DNA of 64,000 nt from Candidatus Peribacteraceae bacterium (GCA_035547395.1 DASZVA010000014.1:6609-70608), one strand, 5' to 3'; shown: positions 25,047 to 34,606, counted from the stretch's first letter. Made by a program: numbers and translations. Notes: generated by a model not told the origin, from the sequence alone.

Positions 25047-26405
25047 GTGCCCGTCGCCAAAGACATCATCGATCGCACGCTTGCGACCCCCTACGGCGAG
25101 AACGCCTACAAAATCGTCGAGATGCTGACGGACAAAGGATTTGACGCATGGTGGGTCGGGGGAGCGGCGCGTGACATGCTGCAGGGGAAAATCCCGACGG
25201 ACATCGACATCGCGACGAGCGCGACGCCGAGAGACATCCTCGCGGTCTTTCCAAAGGCGACCGTAACGCCGAAGGCGCTTGGAAGCACGCGGGTTCCGAT
25301 GAAGTCCGACGTGTTCGAAGTGACGACGTTCCGCGAAGACGACGAGAAATCGGACGGGAGATTTCCGGAGGCGGTCGTCTTCTCGACGCGCGAGAAGGAC
25401 GCCGCTCGCAGAGACTTCACGGTGAACGCGATGTACTTTCACCCGATCAGCCGGGCATTCTACGACCCTTTCGACGGCGAGGCGGATCTACGGGAAAAAC
25501 TCATCCGTTTCATCGGCGATCCGGCGATCCGCATTAAACACGATGCATTGCGGCTTCTGCGTGCCGTGCGATTCCGCGCGCAAATCGACGGTCAGTATCA
25601 TCCCGACACGTATCGCGCACTCGGCGAGCAGGCTGCGCTCGTCGAAACGCTCTCGGGTACGCGTCAGCTGGAGGAATTGGAAAAAATGCTGTTGACCGAG
25701 CATCCGAGTCTCGCGCTCGAGGATCTGTGGGAGCTGCACATTCTCGAACATTTCATCCCGGAGTTGCATGCCTGCAAAGGCGTGCCGCAGCCCGCACAGT
25801 ATCATCACGAAGGCGACGTCTGGAATCATCTGATGTCCTGTCTGCAGGCGTTTCGCGCGGAAGACGGCATCGACGTGCGCATCGCCGCGCTCTTCCATGA
25901 CATCGGCAAAGTCGAGACATTCTCGCTCGAGGAACGCATCCGGTTCGATCACCATGCGACGATGTCGTCGGAGATCACGACGGGCGTGCTCACGCGATTG
26001 CAGATGCCGAAGAAACGCATCGAAAAAATCGCGTGGCTCATCAAACATCACATGATGATGGGATCGTTCTTCGATATGCCGGACGAAAGAAAGACGCACT
26101 GGTACTACCATCCGTGGTTCCCGGAACTGCTGCAGCTTTTTTATCTCGATGCCGCAGGCACGACGCCGACGGATCTGAGTCTGTATGAAAAAATCATCGA
26201 CGACTATCAGCACTTCCTCGATAAACATCCGCGGCCCGAAAAACCGCTCCTGAGCGGAAATGACATCATGGCGATTCGGGGAGTCGGATCCGGCGAGGAC
26301 GTCGGCAAAATGATCGCGCGCCTGCAGGTGGAGCAGATCAACGGCAAAGTGACGACGAAAAAGGAGGCGGAGGAATTCATCAAGAGCCTGACGCTGGAAA
26401 ATTGA
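25047..26405 (+). CDS. cca: CCA-adding enzyme (tRNA nucleotidyltransferase, class II, with HD domain)
   Basis: It has GGAARDMLQGKIPTDIDIAT, RDFTVNAMY and the HD motif FHDIGK. The GTG start at 25047 is preferred because the track ATG at 24984 lies inside the heptad hairpin. Confidence 0.85.
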   Translation: MPVAKDIIDRTLATPYGENAYKIVEMLTDKGFDAWWVGGAARDMLQGKIPTDIDIATSATPRDILAVFPKATVTPKALGSTRVPMKSDVFEVTTFREDDEKSDGRFPEAVVFSTREKDAARRDFTVNAMYFHPISRAFYDPFDGEADLREKLIRFIGDPAIRIKHDALRLLRAVRFRAQIDGQYHPDTYRALGEQAALVETLSGTRQLEELEKMLLTEHPSLALEDLWELHILEHFIPELHACKGVPQPAQYHHEGDVWNHLMSCLQAFRAEDGIDVRIAALFHDIGKVETFSLEERIRFDHHATMSSEITTGVLTRLQMPKKRIEKIAWLIKHHMMMGSFFDMPDERKTHWYYHPWFPELLQLFYLDAAGTTPTDLSLYEKIIDDYQHFLDKHPRPEKPLLSGNDIMAIRGVGSGEDVGKMIARLQVEQINGKVTTKKEAEEFIKSLTLEN

Positions 26406-26501
26406 AGAGACCGAGGAGCACAAAGGTACCGAAGGGACCGACGTATAAAAAAACATGTTGGCTGCATCGGTCCCCCTGGTCCCATCGGCCACTTCTTGGA
26501 C

Positions 26502-28604
26502 TCAATTTCCGCCCGCGCACCCGCTCAATCGCACCACTTCCGCTTTGCCGTTCGTAAAAAAAGTCCGCGTGTGCAAAGGATCGATGAACGGCACGGTGCG
26601 ATACAGTGCAACCATATGCGTTCCGAGCAGATCATTGAGGAGTAGCTGTCTCTCGTAATCGATGTCCGGTTTGATGGAATGCAGCGGCGTCCATTTCGTA
26701 CGCGTGTCGAGCGTCACCGCCGCGACGAAAACGTTTCCCGCCTCCGTCTTATAGCTCGTTTGCCAGATGCGTGCATGATGCGCGGAATCCTCTCCTCCCG
26801 TCTTTGACTGCTTCTCAAAACCGAAATCCTGCGGATACGAATTGTAAAAAGAAAAGGATATCGGCGGCGCCTGAAATTCCTGATCCAGAAACGTCGCTTT
26901 TGCGAGCTTGAGCGTCGAATCGAACGAAAGCTGATCGGCTCTTCGCCAATGCGCTCGGTCGAATGCCTGCAGCATGCAGCGCACAGAGCCGATGATCACA
27001 AAGGACACCGGCTCTTGCCTCATTCCGAACAGCGACTCTGTGAAGCGCGGCAAAGATCCGTCCGAGAAGAGAGAAAGAAGATTTTTTTGCGTGACATAGC
27101 GCATGTCCGATGCGGACGTACCCGTCTTCCAATGGATCGGAACCGCGGCGATCATCCAGGCGACACACAGACATTCGGCGCAGGCGACCGCCGAAGCGGA
27201 CCAGCGGTTGAGCAGGGAACCGGTGCGTTGCGCGGATCGCCAGAGCAGCCATTCACACACGCTGATCGAAAAAAGCAGCGCCGCGAGACCCACGACGTTC
27301 CCGGCCAGAACATCGGAAAAATAATGCACGCCCAGGTATAACCGGCTGAAGTCGATGAGGAGCACCATGATCACTGCCGCAAAAACGTCGGATACTTTTC
27401 CCTTCCATTGCGCATCGTTGCGCAAAAAGAGATACGCCAAAAACCCGTAGAAGATGACCGAAACGGTCGCGTGCATGCTCGGGAACGAGTACGCGCTTTC
27501 ATGCAGAGCGGGCAGCAGTCCGCCTGGCCGCGGACGCTGAAAATACTGCTTGGCGGCAAACGTAATCAGCGATCCTGTCAGCAAACCCGTCCACAGCGCT
27601 CCCGCATACGAGCGATTCTTTTGAAGCAGCAGCACGAGCGTCAGAACCAGCGCCGCAATGTAGACGATGCGCCAGTCGCCAAACTCCGTGATCGTGTAAA
27701 AAAACGAGAGCAGCGCAGACGTCCGGAACGTGAAGAGGAGATGGTCGACTCTTGCATCGAGCGCGATGATGGGATCCTTGGCGACATAATCCTGCGCGAT
27801 CGCGGCAAAGAAACCGAGGCAGAGCAGTACCGCAACCGTCAGGCACGTGAGGGGCAACCCGCCGAACGCCGCTTTCTCAAATCGATTCCCGATAAATGAC
27901 ACGACGCGCGGATGCCGATTCATCCATGCCGATACCGCGGGAAGAGACGCAAAATACCGCCACCACGCGCGCACATGGCCGGCAGCGATCACCGCATATG
28001 TTTTTCCCCAATCAATCATCCAGCGCCAGAACCACGCGACGGCAGTAAAGAGAATGAAAGCGATGATGGCAAAAAGAAGCAGACGTGACGACCACAGAAG
28101 CGCGAGTTTCCATGCGGTGCCGAATACGTATCCGAGCCCGACGTAGAAAATCGACCACGAAATGCCGCTCACCATTTCAATCGCGTAAAACTGCGGCCGT
28201 TTCATGTCGGCGACGCCGGCCAGAAAAGGGATCACCGGGCGAATGGGACCGAAGAAGCGCCCGATGACAATGCTTTTTCGCTGGTGCCGTTTGAAGTACG
28301 GCTTTGCGCGCTCGATATGTTTTCGGAGAATCGCGCGCTTCTGCAGCCGCATCTGGCCTTTACGCCCGAGTTCAAAACTGAGGGAATCGCCGACGATCGC
28401 ACCGATCGTCGCAAACAAGACGAGCAGCCAGTACGAATAGTATCCGTGCGCAGCCAGTCCTCCCGCGATCACGATGACGACCGTGCCTGGCACGAACATT
28501 CCCGTAATCACCAGTGATTCCAGAAAAGCCAGCAGCAAAATCACGATATACACAAGCGGGCCCATGTGCTGCAGATCCGTCAAAGAATGGACAAGCGCAT
28601 CCAT
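26502..28604 (-). CDS. DedA-family / PAP2 phosphatase / LssY-C fusion membrane protein
   Basis: The N-terminal DedA (SNARE-associated) TM region is followed by PAP2 motifs (RPRP, SFPSMHAT, LGVHYFSDVLAG) and a ~220-aa soluble C-terminal domain. Confidence 0.8.
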   Translation of the reverse strand: MDALVHSLTDLQHMGPLVYIVILLLAFLESLVITGMFVPGTVVIVIAGGLAAHGYYSYWLLVLFATIGAIVGDSLSFELGRKGQMRLQKRAILRKHIERAKPYFKRHQRKSIVIGRFFGPIRPVIPFLAGVADMKRPQFYAIEMVSGISWSIFYVGLGYVFGTAWKLALLWSSRLLLFAIIAFILFTAVAWFWRWMIDWGKTYAVIAAGHVRAWWRYFASLPAVSAWMNRHPRVVSFIGNRFEKAAFGGLPLTCLTVAVLLCLGFFAAIAQDYVAKDPIIALDARVDHLLFTFRTSALLSFFYTITEFGDWRIVYIAALVLTLVLLLQKNRSYAGALWTGLLTGSLITFAAKQYFQRPRPGGLLPALHESAYSFPSMHATVSVIFYGFLAYLFLRNDAQWKGKVSDVFAAVIMVLLIDFSRLYLGVHYFSDVLAGNVVGLAALLFSISVCEWLLWRSAQRTGSLLNRWSASAVACAECLCVAWMIAAVPIHWKTGTSASDMRYVTQKNLLSLFSDGSLPRFTESLFGMRQEPVSFVIIGSVRCMLQAFDRAHWRRADQLSFDSTLKLAKATFLDQEFQAPPISFSFYNSYPQDFGFEKQSKTGGEDSAHHARIWQTSYKTEAGNVFVAAVTLDTRTKWTPLHSIKPDIDYERQLLLNDLLGTHMVALYRTVPFIDPLHTRTFFTNGKAEVVRLSGCAGGN

Positions 28605-28805
28605 GGATTGCAGTGTAGCAAAGACGATCGCGCACGGCGTATCCGGGCGGTCATGACAAATGGAAGAAGACGATGATCTTGCCGGATTTTGTCATTTGCG
28701 CCAAAAAACGAATTGATTTCTGTCATGAATATGGCGGCATGCCGTCCTCAAATGCGGATGGGTTCTCCTCATCATCATTTCTAATTCTTTACCCCTTTTT
28801 ATCGT

Positions 28806-29405
28806 ATGGCACATTCACTTACGACCAGGCTGAAAGCAGCGGTTATCGCGGCTGCGTCCGTCTCCACGCTCGGTCTCGGACTGGCCACAACGGGCATCGC
28901 GTCCGCACAGGATTTCGGCGGAGGCGTATTGAGCAATACGAACAGTTCATTTCCATGTTGGATGAATAACTGGATGGGAAACGTCGGATCGATGTTCGGC
29001 GGCAATCTCAACTGGATGTTCGGCAACAACTGCTGCAGTTGCAATTGCACGGGCGTCGGCTCGGGATCTGGCGGTAATTCCGGCGGCGGTTCGCAGAATG
29101 CAAACGTAAACTCCAACTCGAACACGAGCGTGAACAGCAACATCAATGCGACATCCGGTAACTCGACGACGGTGAATCAGTCGGGCAGCGCCAACGGCGC
29201 ACAGAACGCCAACGTCGGCTCGACCGCGGGAACGAACGTGAACTCGTTCATCAATGCAGCGTCTGGTAACTCCACGTCCGTCACTCAGAACGGCGGCGGC
29301 AACGGCGGGGCGCAGAACGCGGGAGTCACGAGTAACTCAACGACCGGCGTCACGAGCACGATCAACGCAACGTCGGGAAACACGACAAGCGTGAATCAGT
29401 ACTGA
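28806..29405 (+). CDS. secreted Gly/Asn/Ser/Gln-rich protein with three curlin-like repeats
   Basis: A signal peptide (..ATTGIASAQD) precedes three ~36-aa units of the form G.GNG(G)AQNA.V.S....T.V.S.INA.SGN.T.V.Q. One reads SVTQNGGGNGGAQNAGV and the protein ends in ..SVNQY. Compare the CsgA repeat S-x5-Q-x-G-x-G-N-x-A-x3-Q and its C-terminal ..HQY. Confidence 0.6.
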   Translation: MAHSLTTRLKAAVIAAASVSTLGLGLATTGIASAQDFGGGVLSNTNSSFPCWMNNWMGNVGSMFGGNLNWMFGNNCCSCNCTGVGSGSGGNSGGGSQNANVNSNSNTSVNSNINATSGNSTTVNQSGSANGAQNANVGSTAGTNVNSFINAASGNSTSVTQNGGGNGGAQNAGVTSNSTTGVTSTINATSGNTTSVNQY

Positions 29406-29460
29406 ACACAGACTGATCGCCGGAGGGGCAGAGGGGGCTCACGCCTCCTCTTTTAAAACA

Positions 29461-29580
29461 GTGTCATGGTGAGGACGCCCCGCCCGGATGAACATCCGTT
29501 CGGACGGGTCGAACCATGGCACGCGGTGCCGCACGGAGCCTGTCCTGAGCCTGACGAAGGAAGTGACCTCAGTGTGACAC
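29461..29580 (+). repeat. MITE/REP-like element with GTGTCA...TGACAC termini (copy 1)
   Basis: It reads gtgtcatggtgaggacgccccgcccggatgaacatccgttcggacggg...cctgagcctgacgaagg...cctcagtgtgacac. It is a direct repeat of 32949-33080 and contains the internal hairpins CGGATG/CATCCG and CCGT/ACGG. Confidence 0.8.
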
Positions 29581-29624
29581 CGCTTTCCTTCTATTTTTCT
29601 GCAAAAATTGTAGTTATTAAAAAC

Positions 29625-31277
29625 TCACTCTTCCTTCGCGTGCATCTCCGATTGTTTCACGTTCGGTATCAAGAGCGTGAGCAAAAGCGCGATCACAATC
29701 ATCAGCGCAGTGCAGATCAGGCTGATGCGTGCGCCGTCGACGATGGCCTGGTGCGATACCGAAACAACCGCCTGCACGATCTGCTGCGGCGCCGACTGGA
29801 ACATCTGCGCCGGGTTGCCGAATTCGAGAGCGGAAACGTTGCCGCCCAGTTTTTGCGCCAGCATCTGTTTCATATCGGCAGGAATGCCCGCATTCGACCG
29901 GATGCCGTTGGTGAGCGCATTGCCGACGGTCGACAGGAAAATGGACCCGATGAGCGCGGTGCCGAGCGTCGATCCCAATTGGCGCATCGTCGCGTTGATG
30001 CCCGATGCCTCGCCGGTCTGGGACACGTGCACGGCCGAGAGCGTCAGATTGCTTGCCTGCGAGACCATCATTCCCATGCCGAATCCGTAGAGGAACAGCC
30101 CCGGCAGCAGCGTCCACATCGTCGCGTTCACAGAGAGCACGTACCAAAGAATCACGAGAGACACGACGTTGACGATGAGTCCCCACTGAATGAGCCGTTT
30201 CGGTGAAATTTTGTGCGACAGAAAACCGGAACCGGGCGACGCGATCAGAAGCCCCACCGAGAGCGGCAGCAGCGCCACACCCGTATCGAACGCGTCCAGA
30301 TCGCGCACCGCCTGCAGAAATACGGGTATCGCAAAGAAGAGACCCGACATGCCGAGCGCGCTCATGGCCGTGGCTGTCGCGCCGGAGAAAAACTGCCTGT
30401 TTTTGAAAATCGTAATGGACACCAGCGGATCGCGATCCCGCTTCTCGCGCCGGTCTTCCATCAGCAGAAAGATCCACATGATCAGCAATCCTGCGGCGAG
30501 CAAAAACGGAACGGGGGAGAGATAGCCGAGCGGAACCGTCCAGCCAGCGATCGTGAGAGGCTGGGTTGCTTTCCACCAGCCGTAATCCGACGCCTCCACG
30601 AGACCGAACACGAAAATGATCATGCCGATAGCCGACACGATAACGCCGGGAATATCGAGCTTGATTTTTCCCGTCGTGTCGCGCGAATCTTTCACCAGAA
30701 ACGACCCGAGCAGAAGCAATACGACGACGCCGACGTTGATACGAAACCCCCAGCGCCAGCTGAAGTGCGTCGTAAGAAATCCGCCAAACAGCGGTCCGAT
30801 CGCCGCGGACACGCCCGCGACCGCGCCCCATACACCGAAGGCGATCGCGCGATCCCGTCCCTCGAAGTTACTGACGATGAGCGACGTCGTCGCGGGGATC
30901 ATCAATGCCGCACCAATGCCCTCGATGATCGATTCCCCGCCGAGCAGTGACCAGAAATTCCAGCTGATGGACGCAACGAAGGATCCCACGGCAAACAGAA
31001 TCGCGCCGAACATGAATCCCTCCTTGCGACCGTAAATATCGCCGAGCCGTCCTCCTGTAATCGTCAAAGCAGAGAGTACGAGCGTGTAGGCGGAAATCAC
31101 CCACTGAATGCTGTGCAGATCGGTATGCAGATCATTGATGATCGTCTTGAGCGAAACGTTCAGCAGCGTCGTGTCGATCACGACGATCGCAAGAGCGAGG
31201 CTGAGGACGAAGAGCGACGCCCACTTGCGGATGAAAGACCGGTGCGCTGCTGATGAGGAATCGTTCGTCTGAGTCAT
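29625..31277 (-). CDS. MFS transporter, DHA2 (EmrB/QacA, 14-TMS) drug:H+ antiporter family
   Basis: It has about 14 TM segments and motif A (GGRLGDIYGRK). It is 550 aa. Confidence 0.85.
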   Translation of the reverse strand: MTQTNDSSSAAHRSFIRKWASLFVLSLALAIVVIDTTLLNVSLKTIINDLHTDLHSIQWVISAYTLVLSALTITGGRLGDIYGRKEGFMFGAILFAVGSFVASISWNFWSLLGGESIIEGIGAALMIPATTSLIVSNFEGRDRAIAFGVWGAVAGVSAAIGPLFGGFLTTHFSWRWGFRINVGVVVLLLLGSFLVKDSRDTTGKIKLDIPGVIVSAIGMIIFVFGLVEASDYGWWKATQPLTIAGWTVPLGYLSPVPFLLAAGLLIMWIFLLMEDRREKRDRDPLVSITIFKNRQFFSGATATAMSALGMSGLFFAIPVFLQAVRDLDAFDTGVALLPLSVGLLIASPGSGFLSHKISPKRLIQWGLIVNVVSLVILWYVLSVNATMWTLLPGLFLYGFGMGMMVSQASNLTLSAVHVSQTGEASGINATMRQLGSTLGTALIGSIFLSTVGNALTNGIRSNAGIPADMKQMLAQKLGGNVSALEFGNPAQMFQSAPQQIVQAVVSVSHQAIVDGARISLICTALMIVIALLLTLLIPNVKQSEMHAKEE

Positions 31278-31349
31278 AAAGAAATGAGTATACCGTAAAA
31301 CGGCTTACAGAGGACGAAATTCTAGTGATTGTTGCGCAAAATTCAATTC

Positions 31350-31820
31350 TTAAAACTTCACTGGAATATCGATTTCCTTGGACATCGACGGATCACCAGA
31401 GGGATTGTCATTCTGCAGAATGAGCGTTCCCGTCGCCGTCGTCGGCGTCGAAAAGGGGAGCGTCGCTGCAAAGGGGACGAAGCCCGTCGTCATCCAGTTG
31501 CCGATGGCCTGCGCCGGCCCTTGTCCCAGCACAACCCCGTGTGCATCTTTGATCGTGATCGGAAACGACGCTTCAAAATACCAATTCCCCACCGCCTCGC
31601 CCTGCACGCCGAGCGGACTTACGACGGTGGCACCGGGCAGCGGCGACGTCACATGAATCATGTCCGCGTACGGTTGCGATGACCAGCTCATCGCGCTGCT
31701 CACGCTCGTTTGTGAACTACTGGAAGACGAGCTGCTATTTTGCTGGCCGCCGCCGTTTCCGGTGCAGGCCGCAAGCGTGAGGAGCGCGATGGATGCGAAC
31801 GCGAGTGAGCGTGCGGTCAT
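31350..31820 (-). CDS. lipoprotein with Gmad2 immunoglobulin-like domain
   Basis: Lipobox LTLAAC and a Ser-rich linker precede VTSPLPGATVVSPLGVQGEAVGNWYFEASFPITIKDAHGVVLG...GTLILQNDNPSG. Confidence 0.6.
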   Translation of the reverse strand: MTARSLAFASIALLTLAACTGNGGGQQNSSSSSSSSQTSVSSAMSWSSQPYADMIHVTSPLPGATVVSPLGVQGEAVGNWYFEASFPITIKDAHGVVLGQGPAQAIGNWMTTGFVPFAATLPFSTPTTATGTLILQNDNPSGDPSMSKEIDIPVKF

Positions 31821-31854
31821 ATGAAGGAAAGAATCGGGCAGGACGCCATCACTG

Positions 31855-32862
31855 TCAATGGACAGAAGATGATGAAGGATTTGAGATGCTGCTGCAGTTT
31901 TGTCCCTGTTTCACGCCTGCGGCAGCACCCAGGCAGCTGTTGCCGTATACCTTGCCGTCGCAGCCGCACCATCCGCCGAGCACGTAGTACATCGGGCACA
32001 TCAATCCGTTATCCGCGATGCAGGTTTTGCGCGTCGCATCCCACGCCTGCCCAGCCGGGCATGTGCAGCTGTCACCGACGACGGAGCTGACGGAAGATGA
32101 AGAGCTGCTTGAAGAGACTGATCCGCCCAACAGCCAAAATCCTTTGACGTTGCTCAGGCCGCCATTTGTCACCACGCGCACGCGATAGACGCCGGGCTTG
32201 AGCATGTATGTTGCAATCTTGCAGTAGGGAGGATGCTGCAGACAGGGGATCGTGAACGTCGCGGGCACCGTAAATGTAATATGCGTTCCATCAGTCGAAG
32301 ACGCATCCAATTTGCTGTTTCCAAAGTATACGATGTCATTCGTATCCGTGAAATTCTTTCCCGTGATCGTCACTTGCGTTCCGGCGGGACCGGAGATCGG
32401 ATTGAGAGAGGTGATCGACGGACGCTGTCTGGTTTGATTCGGCACGCATGTCCAATGCCCATTGGAACACTGCGGCGTGGTGTTTCGCATGCACAGCAAA
32501 TTGAGCGCGCCGCAGGGGAGCGACGATGCTGAATTGCTGGAACTGGAACTCGATGACGGCGTCACGCAACTCCACTTTCCGTCACTGCACTGCGGCACCT
32601 TGCCGATGATGCAGAGCATTGTGAGCGGTCCGCAGGGAAGATCCTGTGACGAGCTGGAAGAAACCGACGGCTGGCATGTCCAGTGTCCGCTGACGCATTC
32701 GGGCGTACTGCCGAGCCGGCACAAAAACATGTTCGGCCCGCACGTGTCGCTCGACACGGATGACGACACGGACAAAGACGAACTCATGGCGGATGCCATC
32801 TGCACCATGGCGATAGCGCCGATCATCAGACCGGCAATGACGAGCTTGGACGGGATGTTCAT
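31855..32862 (-). CDS. secreted Cys-rich protein: 3 Cys-knot-like repeats, an IPT/TIG domain and a C-terminal Kazal-like module
   Basis: The three Cys repeats follow (T/P)CG(P/A)..(F/L)LC......P(E/Q)C..G.W(T/S)C. The IPT stretch is PSITSLNPISGPAGTQVTITGKNF. The C-terminal CGCDGKVYGNSCLGAAAGV resembles the Kazal CG.DG.TY.N.C motif. Confidence 0.6.
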   Translation of the reverse strand: MNIPSKLVIAGLMIGAIAMVQMASAMSSSLSVSSSVSSDTCGPNMFLCRLGSTPECVSGHWTCQPSVSSSSSQDLPCGPLTMLCIIGKVPQCSDGKWSCVTPSSSSSSSNSASSLPCGALNLLCMRNTTPQCSNGHWTCVPNQTRQRPSITSLNPISGPAGTQVTITGKNFTDTNDIVYFGNSKLDASSTDGTHITFTVPATFTIPCLQHPPYCKIATYMLKPGVYRVRVVTNGGLSNVKGFWLLGGSVSSSSSSSSVSSVVGDSCTCPAGQAWDATRKTCIADNGLMCPMYYVLGGWCGCDGKVYGNSCLGAAAGVKQGQNCSSISNPSSSSVH

Positions 32863-32948
32863 AAGGAGAAGGGGAATGTCGACGTATATGACACGAAATT
32901 CAAATGATTCTTACAGCATAGCACAAAACATATGTGATCATGCTCCGC

Positions 32949-33080
32949 GTGTTATGGTGAGGACGCCCCGCCCGGATGAACATCCGTTCGGACGGGTCGA
33001 ACCATGAACACGCGGTGTCGCACGCAGCCTGTCCTGAGCCTGACGAAGGATGGCCCCTTCGGGGCACCTCAGTGTGACAC
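32949..33080 (+). repeat. MITE/REP-like element with GTGT(C/T)A...TGACAC termini (copy 2)
   Basis: It is colinear with 29461-29580 but carries an extra hairpin, tggccccttcggggca. Confidence 0.8.
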
Positions 33081-33110
33081 AAACATCAAAATCGGTGTAT
33101 CCTCCAGCTC

Positions 33111-33569
33111 ATGACTCCAACTGACAAACTCCTGCGACAGGCCCTCACGTTCCAGGGAATCTTCTATCTGCTCACCGGACTCTGGGCACTGGTCGCGACA
33201 CCGCATTTTCTGTCGTTCACCAATCCCGCCGGCGATCTGTTCCAAGCACAGAGCTTCGCCGCGCTCATCATCGTCATCGCGATCTTTTTCCTGGTCGGCG
33301 CATGGAGAGCCGATCTGCTGCGCCCGGCGTCGTTTCTCGGATTTGGCATCGCGCTCGCGATCGTCCTCGTCGAACTTTTTCATCTGCCCGCGATCGGGTG
33401 GACGCTGCTGTGGTTTGATTTCGCCGTGGAGATTGCGCTCAGCCTCGTCTACATCGTGACGTTCTTCTTCAACCAGAAAGAAGAGTCGCCCGCACCGACG
33501 TCGCCGGTCACAGTGGAATCATCATCTCCGGATACAGAGGAAAAGGAAAAGGAAATTCCAACTCCCTAA
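33111..33569 (+). CDS. hypothetical membrane protein (4 TM) with an acidic/Pro-rich tail
   Basis: 152-aa ORF with clear hydrophobic helices. No motif was recognised. Confidence 0.55.
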   Translation: MTPTDKLLRQALTFQGIFYLLTGLWALVATPHFLSFTNPAGDLFQAQSFAALIIVIAIFFLVGAWRADLLRPASFLGFGIALAIVLVELFHLPAIGWTLLWFDFAVEIALSLVYIVTFFFNQKEESPAPTSPVTVESSSPDTEEKEKEIPTP

Positions 33570-33583
33570 CCCTAACCCTACTC

Positions 33584-34549
33584 CTAGTCGTCCATCTCAT
33601 CCTCAATCTCTCCGACGAGTTCCTCCAGCACGTCTTCCAGCGTCACAATGCCGACGATTTTTCCGTTCTGCTGCACGGCTGCGAGGTGGATTTGTTTTCT
33701 GCGAAAGACGCCAAGCAGATCGTCGCAACGGATGGTGGACGGCACGAAGACAATCTCACGCAACAGATCGCTCAATGGTTTTTTGTCTTCGTCATCGGCC
33801 AACGCCTGCAGCACATCACTGCTCAGAACCATGCCTTTCATGTCATCAGGGGATTCGCCGTAGACGGGATAGCGCGAAAACTGATGGCGGAAAATTTTCT
33901 TTGCCGCCTGTTTCATCGTCGCGGTGAGCGGCAGCATGATGACGTCCTCGATCGGCGTCATCACGTCCTTGGCCTTGCGGTCGTTTAAGATGAACGCGCG
34001 GTGGATCAATTCTTTTTCATCGTAATCGATGTGACCTGCTCTGCCGCCGATATCCACGAGTGCGCGGATCTGATCCTCGGTGCCGATGTTTCGCTTGCCG
34101 CTCTTAAACACGCGCACGAACCGTTCGAGCACCCACACCACGGGCAGAAAGATAAAGGTAAACACCCGAAGCACCGGCGCGATCATGCGGCTGATCAATG
34201 GACTATAGTGCGCGCCGATCGCCTTCGGGATGATTTCGCTGAAGATGATCGTCACGACGGTGAGACCCGCGGTGATGAACCCGATGATGTGATCCTCGAA
34301 CAAATGCGCGGACACGGCGCCGATGAGCACGGGGCCGATGATATTGGTCAGGTTCGTGAGGATTGCGATCACCACGATCGCGCGCGTCAGATCTTTGATG
34401 AGAAACTTCAACTGAGTGGATCCCCACAGTTTCTTCTTGCGCATCTCTTCCACTTCCGCGATGGACACGCTCAGGATGGCGGCATCGATCATCGCCCAGA
34501 ATCCCGAGAGCAGAACGAATCCTATGATCAGCGCAATGAGTTCGGACAT
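33584..34549 (-). CDS. CNNM/DUF21 plus CBS-pair transporter (hemolysin-like / CorB-type)
   Basis: The start is placed at the internal ATG 34549 (MSELIALIIGFVLL...). DUF21 TM helices (FSEIIPK) are followed by two CBS motifs. No CorC_HlyC domain is present. Confidence 0.8.
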   Translation of the reverse strand: MSELIALIIGFVLLSGFWAMIDAAILSVSIAEVEEMRKKKLWGSTQLKFLIKDLTRAIVVIAILTNLTNIIGPVLIGAVSAHLFEDHIIGFITAGLTVVTIIFSEIIPKAIGAHYSPLISRMIAPVLRVFTFIFLPVVWVLERFVRVFKSGKRNIGTEDQIRALVDIGGRAGHIDYDEKELIHRAFILNDRKAKDVMTPIEDVIMLPLTATMKQAAKKIFRHQFSRYPVYGESPDDMKGMVLSSDVLQALADDEDKKPLSDLLREIVFVPSTIRCDDLLGVFRRKQIHLAAVQQNGKIVGIVTLEDVLEELVGEIEDEMDD

Positions 34550-34606
34550 TGAAGGCGAGTATAGCAGACGGCTGATCCCGCAAACGAAAAAGGGGAAACC
34601 GAACAA

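Noticed and set aside
28803-28820. A sigma-54 promoter-like TGGCAC near the curlin-like gene, relevant to the bEBP-like protein.
   Set aside because: The TGGCAC is part of the start codon context (ATGGCACAT). It is followed by CTTAC rather than TTGC at the required N5 spacing.
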